From: Candidatus Woesearchaeota archaeon
Lineage (GTDB): Archaea; Nanobdellota; Nanobdellia; Pacearchaeales; GW2011-AR1
Direction: 5' to 3'
DNA length: 64,000 nt
Assembly: GCA_964401675.1 (NCBI GenBank)
Contig: CAYNZD010000001.1
Coordinates: forward strand, 12,007-76,006
Shown: positions 44,580 to 53,115 of the stretch, in pieces
Layout of the letters: each line of letters begins with the position of its first letter
How positions within the stretch are numbered: the first letter of the stretch is position 1
Position numbers and translations under genes: made by a program
The notes under the pieces: generated by a model
Database searches by the model: none
What the model was told of the DNA's origin: nothing
What the model saw: the letters and a program-made list of their open reading frames with translations, nothing else

Positions 44580-44879
44580 GTGAAGTTAATAACAATGAAA
44601 AACAAAACTCTCGCAAGATCACCCAGATTAGATACCGTTCTAATGGTAGAAAAATTCATACAAGAAAACGATGGAGAATACAAAAAAAAACAATTATGGG
44701 AGAACTTACCTAAGAAAATGATGTATCAAACATACAGCACAATAATAGATTATTTACTAATCTCAGGAAAAATATCCGTAGACAGTGAAGGAAAAATAGG
44801 ATGGATATTCTATCCAGAAGAAGCAAAGAAAAGACTTGAGATGGCACACTTGACATGGACAGGAGGAAAAAGAAAGTGA
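44580..44879 (+). CDS. putative antitoxin or small DNA-binding protein, partner of a RelE-like toxin
   Basis: 99-aa ORF that overlaps the downstream RelE-like gene by 25 nt. It has a possible winged-helix character. Confidence 0.35.
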   Translation: MKLITMKNKTLARSPRLDTVLMVEKFIQENDGEYKKKQLWENLPKKMMYQTYSTIIDYLLISGKISVDSEGKIGWIFYPEEAKKRLEMAHLTWTGGKRK

Positions 44880-45196
44880 AGAAACCTTGTGAAGTACAAT
44901 TCGTAAACGAGAAGATACAAAAAACATTTGAAGAATTAGAAGAAAAACCATTGAAAGAACAACTTGAAAGAGCACTATGCGACATAGAAGAAAATCCTTT
45001 CTGTGGAATTCAAATTCCAAAAAAATTAATCCCTAAAGAATACATCCAAAAATATAATATCGCCAACGTTTGGAAATACAATCTCCCAGGAGCATGGAGA
45101 CTAATTTACTCAATTCGTGGAGGAGAAGCAGTCATCATAACAATAATTCTGGAATGGATGGACCACAAAGAATATGAAAGAAGATTCAAATATTAA
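44855..45196 (+). CDS. RelE/ParE-superfamily toxin-like protein
   Basis: The pattern ...NVWKYNLPGAWRLIYSIRGGEAVIITIILEWMDHKEYERRF matches the RelE/YoeB-type C-terminal fold (WK.. R.IY.I....V.I..i..H..Y). Confidence 0.45.
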   Translation: MDRRKKKVKKPCEVQFVNEKIQKTFEELEEKPLKEQLERALCDIEENPFCGIQIPKKLIPKEYIQKYNIANVWKYNLPGAWRLIYSIRGGEAVIITIILEWMDHKEYERRFKY

Positions 45197-45251
45197 TCAC
45201 TCATAAGCCTCTTCAAAATCTCTCTCGCTTTAGCAAAATCCGCCCACCTCA

Positions 45252-45731
45252 TCAAATCCCTCTTTCCAAAACTAAAGTATAATCCTCAAACCCCTTCTTC
45301 CTATAAAACCCAATAGCTTGTTTATTTTCAGCTGAAGCCGCAACTCTTAGCATCTTAACCTTTTTTCCCTTACACCATTTAACAAAAGCGCTATACAGCA
45401 TTCCCCCAGTGCCTTTCCCTCTATATTCCTCCAAAACAAACATATTGTCCAACTCCGCACTCTTTGGAACATTTCTATAACTTTCAACCTTACAAATTCC
45501 TCCAGCCAAATATCCAACAATCTCATCATCATCCTCGACAACAAAAGCACAAAAACTTTTTTTGATTAAGCATTTTTTAAAATACTCCTCTCCCTTTTCC
45601 CCAAAAGTCCAACTAAGATTTAATAGCTTATCATACTCTTTCTTCTCTTTTTTAAAAAGCAAAAGATTTAATTCCTGAATCCTTTTCAAGTCACCCATAA
45701 CCGCTTTTCTAATTTCCATTATATCCTTCAA
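45252..45731 (-). CDS. GNAT-family N-acetyltransferase
   Basis: Acetyl-CoA-binding motif RGKGTGGMLYSAF (R/Q-x-x-G-x-G/A). Confidence 0.7.
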   Translation of the reverse strand: MKDIMEIRKAVMGDLKRIQELNLLLFKKEKKEYDKLLNLSWTFGEKGEEYFKKCLIKKSFCAFVVEDDDEIVGYLAGGICKVESYRNVPKSAELDNMFVLEEYRGKGTGGMLYSAFVKWCKGKKVKMLRVAASAENKQAIGFYRKKGFEDYTLVLERGI

Positions 45732-45844
45732 CCAAAATATCTACTTGCGCCATATAATTTAATAGAATAGATTTATTTAAATCTTTCAAAAATCGCCATA
45801 GTCACATTTCCAAATAATAATCAATCCCATTTTCCCGAATGTAT

Positions 45845-46057
45845 TTATGCAATCATCCAAATTAATAATATTACTGCCACTATCACAGCAACCCCCGCGA
45901 CCCAATAAATCCATTTCTTGCTTGTTGGTTCTCCAACGACTGGGACACTTTCCACAACGGGAGTATTTGTCTCAGTAGGAGTATTTGTCGTAGCAGATGT
46001 ATTTGTTGCAACGGGAGCACTTGTTGCGGCAGGATTTTCGACGATTTTATCACCCAT
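45845..46057 (-). CDS. small C-terminally anchored Thr/Pro/Asn-rich protein
   Basis: The repetitive TNT/TPT low-complexity region is followed by a C-terminal TM helix. Confidence 0.3.
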   Translation of the reverse strand: MGDKIVENPAATSAPVATNTSATTNTPTETNTPVVESVPVVGEPTSKKWIYWVAGVAVIVAVILLIWMIA

Positions 46058-46125
46058 AAGTCAACTAACAATTTAGACTTTATAAAATTATCCCATGGCT
46101 CTTCATAACTTCTACCATAATTCAA

Positions 46126-46905
46126 TTATCCAAACAACCCTTTAAAAAAATTCCCTATACTTTCAACAACTTTCCCAACAACACCCGGCCCCTCGTGTCC
46201 TTTCTCAAAACTCGCATCGCCAGTTCCAGCATCATCCCCAAATTCACCAGAAGCATCTGCACATTCAATATCAATAATACAATCCCATCCCTGCCCCGAC
46301 GGACCCTCGACAGGCTCGCCATAACAATTTTCACAAGTCTCACAATCTTTTTCTTTCTCGTTCAATTGCTCATCATTCAAACACGGCCCAGAATATAAAT
46401 ACTCACAAGATTTCGCACATTTTTGACACAACGCATTACCAGTCTCACCCTCTTTGCTATTCCCACAAATAACACTCGAATCTTCTAACTCTACACATTC
46501 AGAAATACATAATTGCGCTTCAGCCATCTCGCTTTCATCTGGAGCATCGCCCTTCATCCCACACTCATCTTCACAAAAAGCTACATTCGCCAACTGACAA
46601 CTAAAATCACGTTCTTCACAACCCCGAACAATACATTCCTGCATACATCCCTCTTCGTCACTAGCAGATTCCGGCTCGGGCTCAACATCACACTCAACCA
46701 TACACTCTGCTTCTGGACGACCCTCTCCAACAACACAATTATACAAACATTCACTATCTTCTGCAGTCGGACCACCATATCCGCCATCCGTACTCTCTGA
46801 CGGACCACCGACGACACTCCCAGTAATAAAATAATTAACACTGAAACAAGCAACAAAAACTGCAACAACAATTAAAACAATCACATCTTTTCTCATAAAA
46901 TACAT
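46126..46905 (-). CDS. cysteine-rich, highly acidic secreted or anchored protein
   Basis: N-terminal signal anchor, then about 22 Cys in about 200 aa arranged in EC / CxxC / CxxxC repeats (ECLYNC, ECMVEC, QECIVRGCEE, CETCENC). The local GC content is higher than the surroundings. Confidence 0.5.
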   Translation of the reverse strand: MYFMRKDVIVLIVVAVFVACFSVNYFITGSVVGGPSESTDGGYGGPTAEDSECLYNCVVGEGRPEAECMVECDVEPEPESASDEEGCMQECIVRGCEERDFSCQLANVAFCEDECGMKGDAPDESEMAEAQLCISECVELEDSSVICGNSKEGETGNALCQKCAKSCEYLYSGPCLNDEQLNEKEKDCETCENCYGEPVEGPSGQGWDCIIDIECADASGEFGDDAGTGDASFEKGHEGPGVVGKVVESIGNFFKGLFG

Positions 46906-47272
46906 AACAATTGAAACTTTATAAAATTATCCAACATAAGACATATATAATACAAAAACATTTTAATATAATGAAACAAAAAGAAAACATCGCAATAACA
47001 ATCGGAATCATCGGACTAATCGCCATGTTCTTTTTCCCAAGCCCCGAAGAAAATTTTATCTACTACCTCGGACTGATTGTTCTAATAATCGGCTTGATTG
47101 TTTATGTTTTGAAAAAATAACTATTTCTTTCCCTAAATCCAAGACCAAGGAAAAGCCCAGTAAGAATAAACAAGCTAGAATTATCCTCTTTTTTATTTTT
47201 TGTCATGATGTTATTTTTTTTGTTTAAATAATTGATGAGCAATACAAATCTAATACTGACCCTAAAAACTAT

Positions 47273-47980
47273 TTAATATTTCTCAAAAAACTCTTCAATT
47301 AAATAAAAAGTCATTTGAGGCTCTTTTCCTTTAAGCTCAGTTTTATTACTTAAATGATAAAGGGAATGAGTTTTATCATTAGCATCATCCTTAAATTCGG
47401 ATGCTTTCTGCAAAATCCTCTGAATTAATTTCTTTTCATCTGCATCAAATTGTTTTGAAGCTTTTTTTAAATTATCAATAACTACCGACAAATCCAACGT
47501 CCTTCCTCTAGACAAATCAAGATAGAGCTCTTTATTTTTCTTAGATCTGCCAGGAAATTTTTTCTTCACAATTTCAACTATTAGATTTTCCAAAACTTTT
47601 CTAATTAAAATAAATACAGAGGTATAACATTCAGCATTGTAAGCCCTATTTATTTCATCTATGTGAAGCTTCAGAAACTTATTTTCTGTTTTAAAATTAA
47701 TAAAAATTAGTGCTCTAACTTTAGATTTCTTCTTAAATGATGACTTTAATTTTATAACTTTAATTTCTTTATCTCCAAAATGACCTCTATCCTTTTCATC
47801 CAAAATCCCCCATACACTAAAACCATCTTTACGTCCCCATAATTCTGCTGCAGCATTCAAACTAACACCCTCTTTCCTAGAAAGTTTAGATATCTTTACT
47901 CTAATAGCATTATCAGTTTTTGTAGAAAATCTTTTTTTCAATTTAGAAAAAATTTTGGAATCAAGCTTTTGTCTTCCCAT
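47273..47980 (-). CDS. hypothetical protein with an N-terminal HTH-like segment and an uncharacterised C-terminal domain
   Basis: 235 aa. The N-terminus (IRVKISKLSRKEGVSLNAAAELWG) resembles the upstream small HTH paralogs. The C-terminal ~150 aa is unknown. It is the last gene of a minus-strand cassette. Confidence 0.4.
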   Translation of the reverse strand: MGRQKLDSKIFSKLKKRFSTKTDNAIRVKISKLSRKEGVSLNAAAELWGRKDGFSVWGILDEKDRGHFGDKEIKVIKLKSSFKKKSKVRALIFINFKTENKFLKLHIDEINRAYNAECYTSVFILIRKVLENLIVEIVKKKFPGRSKKNKELYLDLSRGRTLDLSVVIDNLKKASKQFDADEKKLIQRILQKASEFKDDANDKTHSLYHLSNKTELKGKEPQMTFYLIEEFFEKY

Positions 47981-47989
47981 ATTATCCCT

Positions 47990-48175
47990 TTATTTCCCCT
48001 CTCTTTCATTAAAAGTAACTTTTTTTCGAAGTGTACTTTCACCACACTTTAACAATCTTGCAACCTCTTTATTGGTAGCGCCAGATTTAACGGCTACCAA
48101 AATTAACAAATCTCTTATTTCCGCAAGTACCTTATTCTCATCTTTTTTACTTTTTACCATTTTACTTTTTACCAT
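47990..48175 (-). CDS. small HTH protein (paralog 1 of 5)
   Basis: 61 aa. ...LILVAVKSGATNKEVARLLKCGESTLRKKV is an HTH. Confidence 0.45.
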   Translation of the reverse strand: MVKSKMVKSKKDENKVLAEIRDLLILVAVKSGATNKEVARLLKCGESTLRKKVTFNEREGK

Positions 48176-48356
48176 CTTTTTTTAATTTTGTATGTAAATT
48201 GCCATGATTTTTTCCTAAAAGCCTCGCAGTTTTTCTTAAACCCAAACAATTGACCGCAATTCTTAATTTGTCTTCTTCAGAAGAATCGCTCATACAATTA
48301 AGTAAAATTAAACACTCCAATCTTTTCTCAAGTTCTTCAGTCATTTTTTCATCCAC
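48162..48356 (-). CDS. small HTH protein (paralog 2 of 5)
   Basis: 64 aa. ...LRKTARLLGKNHGNLHTKLKK. It overlaps its neighbours. Confidence 0.45.
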   Translation of the reverse strand: MDEKMTEELEKRLECLILLNCMSDSSEEDKLRIAVNCLGLRKTARLLGKNHGNLHTKLKKDGKK

Positions 48357-48538
48357 CCCTTAGAATCCCTAACGCTACTCTCAGTAATCCCAACCAGTGG
48401 AGCAACTTCCATAGAAGTCAGGCCAGCCCTTCTCAGCATGGAAATTTTATCCTCCTTACTTTCAAAACTCTGCATTGCAATAGCAAGTGATATTCTATCT
48501 AACTTCTTGCAAATTGTTTTAAATTGTTCATCATTCAT
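48341..48538 (-). CDS. small HTH protein (paralog 3 of 5)
   Basis: 65 aa. ...LTSMEVAPLVGITESSVRDSK. Confidence 0.45.
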   Translation of the reverse strand: MNDEQFKTICKKLDRISLAIAMQSFESKEDKISMLRRAGLTSMEVAPLVGITESSVRDSKGWMKK

Positions 48539-48750
48539 TTTTTCACTCTCCTATTTTTAGATAAAATCATACTGACATAATTAAGAGTTGTACCCAATGT
48601 ATCCGCAATCTGTCTCGAACCCAGCCCCATCTTACTCAATCGGATTATAGACTCAGTCTGAGTGGCATTAGGATTAAGATTAGAGTGAACACTAAGTTTA
48701 ATCAACAAATCCATCCTTTTCAAAATTTCTTTTTCAAATTTCTCACTCAT
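48535..48750 (-). CDS. small HTH protein (paralog 4 of 5)
   Basis: 71 aa. ...LGSRQIADTLGTTLNYVSMILSKNRRVKK. It has a 4-nt ATGA overlap with its neighbours. Confidence 0.45.
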   Translation of the reverse strand: MSEKFEKEILKRMDLLIKLSVHSNLNPNATQTESIIRLSKMGLGSRQIADTLGTTLNYVSMILSKNRRVKK

Positions 48751-48980
48751 TTTCTAGGGTACTTATTTTTATTTACAAGCTGACTCACTCTGCCGGGCGA
48801 CATTCCAATTGCATCAGCAATCTTAGCATTCTCAACCTTCTCGTTTTGAAGAAGAAGAATCAGCAACGCCTTAATATCTTCAACCTCTTGTCTCAACGTC
48901 TTCAAGTCCTCTGTATCTTTCATGTTAAAATTAAAAACAATATAATATATAAACCTTTCGTTTACCCTGGATAAAAACAA
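48747..48980 (-). CDS. small HTH protein (paralog 5 of 5)
   Basis: 77 aa. ...VENAKIADAIGMSPGRVSQLVNKNK. Confidence 0.45.
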   Translation of the reverse strand: MFLSRVNERFIYYIVFNFNMKDTEDLKTLRQEVEDIKALLILLLQNEKVENAKIADAIGMSPGRVSQLVNKNKYPRK

Positions 48981-49014
48981 AATTACAAAAAAAATGTTAT
49001 ATTCTATTTAATAT

Positions 49015-49647
49015 TCAAACCTTATCAAAAAACTTAACCGCAAAATCACAAAAATCAATAATAACTTTCTTATCCAAATCAAACTCCTTTCTATTCCCTA
49101 AATAATTCTGACTCTTAGGACTAACCTCCTTCCTCGCCACAAGCTCCTCATAAGTTATACATTTAATATGCTTCTTGGAAACAACAATAAAATAAGCATT
49201 AGTAAAAGGATAATCCTTCGGCAAATCTTTCAAAGAAAAACTCTCACTCGCCCGAAACTTAACCTCAACAAAATAAACATCCTTCCTCTCCGGATGCTGA
49301 ACAACAAAATCCGGCATCCTCCGAATATTATCCGCAACATCACTTCGAACATTCTTCAATAATTTCATAACCCCGGGAACAGTATTCTCCATCCCATACC
49401 TAAATACATTATAATCTAAAGACAAAAACAATTCCTCAATAAGCGTCTCAGCAATCCGCCCTTTTATCATACTCTCCCTATATTTACTTTGCCTATCGCT
49501 CAAACCATTACCTTCTATATTCTCTTTTACTTCGGATTTTTTATTTGGCTGACAATTCTTACAAAAAATACCACCGTAATGCTCTTTAGAATAATCATAA
49601 ACTTTTTTTTCTATATCTTTATCACATTTAGAACAATAATATCTCAT
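49015..49647 (-). CDS. zinc-ribbon plus PD-(D/E)XK nuclease-fold protein
   Basis: N-terminal CSKC...CKNC zinc ribbon. The core RMPDFVVQHPERKDVYFVEVKFRAS matches the PD...(D/E)xK restriction-endonuclease-like motif. Confidence 0.5.
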   Translation of the reverse strand: MRYYCSKCDKDIEKKVYDYSKEHYGGIFCKNCQPNKKSEVKENIEGNGLSDRQSKYRESMIKGRIAETLIEELFLSLDYNVFRYGMENTVPGVMKLLKNVRSDVADNIRRMPDFVVQHPERKDVYFVEVKFRASESFSLKDLPKDYPFTNAYFIVVSKKHIKCITYEELVARKEVSPKSQNYLGNRKEFDLDKKVIIDFCDFAVKFFDKV

Positions 49648-49958
49648 CTATTCTTTCCTTTCACTTTATCTTTCAAAATTCTCCTAATAATAAAATAACT
49701 CAATGGAGCCATTCCAACAATCAAAAACAATATAGCATTTACATAATCTTTAACCCAAACAGAATACATCGACAACACAAACGCAACAATCATCACAAAA
49801 TCAAGCGCAGTAAACAATTTTCTTCTTCTCTCTTTGTCTCTCGCTCTCTCTCTAGATTTCTGCTGAGCATTCATAACCATAATCTCCGCTTTGGCTTGGT
49901 CCTTAGGTCTGCCCCGAAGATTAACACGCCCTTTTATTTTAGTGTTACGAATTCCCAT
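49644..49958 (-). CDS. small basic membrane protein
   Basis: 104 aa with an Arg/Lys-rich N-terminus and two TM helices. It has a 4-nt overlap with the downstream nuclease gene. Confidence 0.35.
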   Translation of the reverse strand: MGIRNTKIKGRVNLRGRPKDQAKAEIMVMNAQQKSRERARDKERRRKLFTALDFVMIVAFVLSMYSVWVKDYVNAILFLIVGMAPLSYFIIRRILKDKVKGKNR

Positions 49959-49994
49959 ATAAACAACACTATTAACAACTATAAAAAACTTTAC

Positions 49995-51491
49995 TTATCC
50001 TATCAACCTCTTCAAAATCTCCCCAGCAACTTTAAAATCCGCCCGCCGTTCCGACAATCTCATAACCTGCCCAATCAAATAATTCAGCGACGCATCCTTC
50101 CCATTTTTATATTCATCAACAACATGTATATTTTCCGAAATAACCTGCTTGCACAAATTCTCAATCGCCGCATCATCAATACTAGAAATTTCTCCTTTAT
50201 GTTCCGATAACGAAAAACTTTTCGGCACAAAATCATTCATAATCTGCTTCCCTTTCAAAACCGTAATCTTCCCCGACTCAACCGCCTTAATCAACTCCGC
50301 CAAATGCTCCGGCAAAATCTCAACGTCCTCATCTTCAAGCGTCTTCTTATTATAATTCAAAACCCTCAATAACTCAACCGTTACCCAAGATAAATTCTTA
50401 GACATATTAATATTCTCCTTAGCCAACTCTTCAAAAAATTGGACCAACTCCAAATTACTTGTCAAAATTTTAGCATCTTTTTCAACAACCTTATACTTTT
50501 TCAACAACCGCGCCAACTTAACCTCGGGCATTTCGGGCATCTTCGCCTTAATTTCATTAACCATTTTCTTATCAATCCTAATCTCCAGCAAATCTGGGTC
50601 AGGAATAAATCTGTAATCCGCCGCCCCTTCTTTCGACCTCATCTTAATCGTCTTACCCAATTTTTCATCAAACGCCAAAGTATCCCGCTTCTGCTCAATC
50701 CCCTTATCATAATTCTCAACCTGCCGCGCAATCTCGTAATCAATCGCCTTCCTAATCTTCTCCAACGAATTCAAATTCTTCATCTCAACCCGCTCCCCAT
50801 AAGTCGAAACATTCACATCAACCTTAATCCCCGCATTCTTCCGAACCGCCTTAATATACGACAAAGAAAGCAAAAGATTTTTCAGCCACTCGACAACCTG
50901 TTCCGAATCCGAAAACTCTGGCTCGGTCACAATCTCAATCAACGGCAACCCCGAACGATTATAATTAATTTTCCCAGAATCAGGATTCCACTGCGCTGGG
51001 TCCTCTTCAAGATGCAACTCAGTCAAATTAATTCCTCTAAATTTCCCGCCAATAGCATTCGATGTCGCATGCGCCCCAGAAATCGTCGTCTGATACCCCT
51101 TCGGCAAATCCGCCCAATTATAATGCTTCCTCTGCCAAACAATATTGGAATAATTAATCTTCGACTTAAACACCAGCGCAATCTGAATCATTTTTTTAAT
51201 CGCTTCAACATTCGGAGCCATCGGTTTCGAGCCCGGTGTTCCCGTACAAATTGGACAAATTCTTGAGTTGGGTTTATCGCTACCGACCTTGTCTGCGTCA
51301 GCAGATGCCATCTGGATAGGAGATACACCCTTGGGTGTCCCATTAATTTTACACATACAAAATAGCTTCTCCCGAGTATCCAAATATCCATGAACCTCAA
51401 GACCTATCTTTATGGGAAATGTTTTGCCCGTTTTAATATTGAGATTGGAAGAATCTCCTAAAGAGGGTACACCTTGTGCGTGTGTTGCCAT
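49995..51491 (-). CDS. gatB: aspartyl/glutamyl-tRNA amidotransferase subunit B
   Basis: IGLEVHGYLDTREKLFCMC, plus a GatB-specific Cys/Pro loop (ICPICTGTPGSKP). The C-terminal helical/YqeY-like region is present. Confidence 0.8.
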   Translation of the reverse strand: MATHAQGVPSLGDSSNLNIKTGKTFPIKIGLEVHGYLDTREKLFCMCKINGTPKGVSPIQMASADADKVGSDKPNSRICPICTGTPGSKPMAPNVEAIKKMIQIALVFKSKINYSNIVWQRKHYNWADLPKGYQTTISGAHATSNAIGGKFRGINLTELHLEEDPAQWNPDSGKINYNRSGLPLIEIVTEPEFSDSEQVVEWLKNLLLSLSYIKAVRKNAGIKVDVNVSTYGERVEMKNLNSLEKIRKAIDYEIARQVENYDKGIEQKRDTLAFDEKLGKTIKMRSKEGAADYRFIPDPDLLEIRIDKKMVNEIKAKMPEMPEVKLARLLKKYKVVEKDAKILTSNLELVQFFEELAKENINMSKNLSWVTVELLRVLNYNKKTLEDEDVEILPEHLAELIKAVESGKITVLKGKQIMNDFVPKSFSLSEHKGEISSIDDAAIENLCKQVISENIHVVDEYKNGKDASLNYLIGQVMRLSERRADFKVAGEILKRLIG

Positions 51492-51541
51492 AATTAACTA
51501 GATCTCCAAACCTTTTTATATCTTCTTAAACTACTTATCTT

Positions 51542-52780
51542 ATGGAAACAAAAACCTTCGCTCCAGGCGATAAAATAAAACTTCAGACCAAAAATCGAAA
51601 ATGGGAAGGCTATATTTTAGAATCTCACGACCCAGAAATAATTCTCTTAAAATTACCAAGCGGCTACAACATAGGAATCCGCGAAAACGAAATAATCAAC
51701 GCAACAATTTTAGAAAAACGCAAGCCAATCCAAAAAGACAAAACAAAAATCCAACAAGATGAAAACTTGCCTAACGTCGCAATTATAATTACAGGAGGAA
51801 CAATCTCCTCCAGGCTCGACCCAAAATCGGGCGGAGTAATCTCAACCGACAAAGAGGCGATTTTGGATATTGCACCCAAATTAAAGAATATTTGTAATCC
51901 AATTTTGGTTAGTCCTTTTATGAAATTCTCCGAAGATATGACTTCAAAGGATTGGAAGAAACTTGCTGAAATCTGTGAGCGATATCTGAATGACGAATCA
52001 ATTAAGGGGATAATTATTACACACGGAACCGACACTCTGCATTACACTTCCGCCGTACTATCTTTTTTTATTCAAAATCTTAACAAACCAATTGCCCTAA
52101 CATATTCTCAGCGCTCAATAGACCGAGCCTCAACCGATGCCGCCTTCAACTTAATTTGTTCAGCAAAATATGCAATCTCAGACATTGCCGAAATCGCACT
52201 AGTAGGACATAAAGATACAAGTGACAATATATGTCTCGCAATGCCCGCGGCAAAAGTCAGAAAAATGCACACCTCAAAACGAGATGCTTTCAAAACAATT
52301 AATGACACTCCAATTGCCGAAATCACTCCCGAAAAAATAAATATATTAAAAACATTCAATGCAAGAAATAACAAAAAACCAAAACTAGATACAAAATTTT
52401 CAGACAAAGTTACACTAATAAAAATCCATCCGGGACAAGATCCAGCAATTTTAGAATATTATGAGCAGCAAGGGTATAAAGGAATTATTTTAGAAATAAC
52501 TGGGCTAGGACAGGTTCCCGGAAAAAAATCTTTAATGAATTGGATTCCAAAAATTAAAAAAGCAATTCAAAATGGAATAATAATTTGCGCAACGCCTCAA
52601 ACCATTTACGGACGGCTAAATCCAAATGTATATTCTGCAGGGAGAGAACTAAGAAAAACCGGAATCATTTTTCTCGAAGGCATGCTTTCAGAAACCGCTC
52701 TGGTTAAATTAGGATGGGTCTTAGGACATAAAAACTGGAACAAAAAAGAAAAGATGTTGGAGAAAATCTCCAACGAGTAA
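51542..52780 (+). CDS. gatD: glutamyl-tRNA(Gln) amidotransferase subunit D
   Basis: N-terminal beta-domain, then an asparaginase-like domain (IIITGGTISS, HGTDT). Confidence 0.8.
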   Translation: METKTFAPGDKIKLQTKNRKWEGYILESHDPEIILLKLPSGYNIGIRENEIINATILEKRKPIQKDKTKIQQDENLPNVAIIITGGTISSRLDPKSGGVISTDKEAILDIAPKLKNICNPILVSPFMKFSEDMTSKDWKKLAEICERYLNDESIKGIIITHGTDTLHYTSAVLSFFIQNLNKPIALTYSQRSIDRASTDAAFNLICSAKYAISDIAEIALVGHKDTSDNICLAMPAAKVRKMHTSKRDAFKTINDTPIAEITPEKINILKTFNARNNKKPKLDTKFSDKVTLIKIHPGQDPAILEYYEQQGYKGIILEITGLGQVPGKKSLMNWIPKIKKAIQNGIIICATPQTIYGRLNPNVYSAGRELRKTGIIFLEGMLSETALVKLGWVLGHKNWNKKEKMLEKISNE

Positions 52781-52789
52781 AATGAAAAA

Positions 52790-53056
52790 TTACTTTTTGA
52801 CTTCCCAAGAAACTGGATATTTCTTAGCTATTAAATTATAAATTGCAATTGCAATTAACATTGTCAAATATCCTATAATCCCCCAAGAAATTGGAGTAAG
52901 GACAAAAACCTGAGTCGCCGTCAAAGAAATTCCTTGAGCCAATAAAACCTCTCGCGAAGTCCACATAAATAAACCAAGTGGCAAATACATCACCAGAGAA
53001 ATCACTCCAAAGAACACAGCCGACATATAATTAATTTTCGATAATTTCATTTTCAC
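52790..53056 (-). CDS. small membrane protein
   Basis: 88 aa with two or three TM helices. Confidence 0.35.
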   Translation of the reverse strand: MKMKLSKINYMSAVFFGVISLVMYLPLGLFMWTSREVLLAQGISLTATQVFVLTPISWGIIGYLTMLIAIAIYNLIAKKYPVSWEVKK

Positions 53057-53115
53057 CTCCTTGCTAAAAAAAACAAGAAACCAACTTATTTAAACCTTCA
53101 CTTACTATCCAACAT

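Noticed and set aside
49940-50000. Direct repeat of the tRNA-Arg 3-prime end marking the far boundary of the tRNA-adjacent island
   Set aside because: I looked for GGTTCGATTCCCTC or CCGAGCTCG-like sequence near 49.9 kb and elsewhere downstream and saw none. The island boundary therefore remains inferred from gene content only.
50439-51266. 275-aa plus-strand ORF antisense to gatB
   Set aside because: It lies entirely inside the well-supported minus-strand gatB and translates to repetitive Leu/Asn/Arg/Pro-rich text. It is an artefact of the C/A-rich top strand here.
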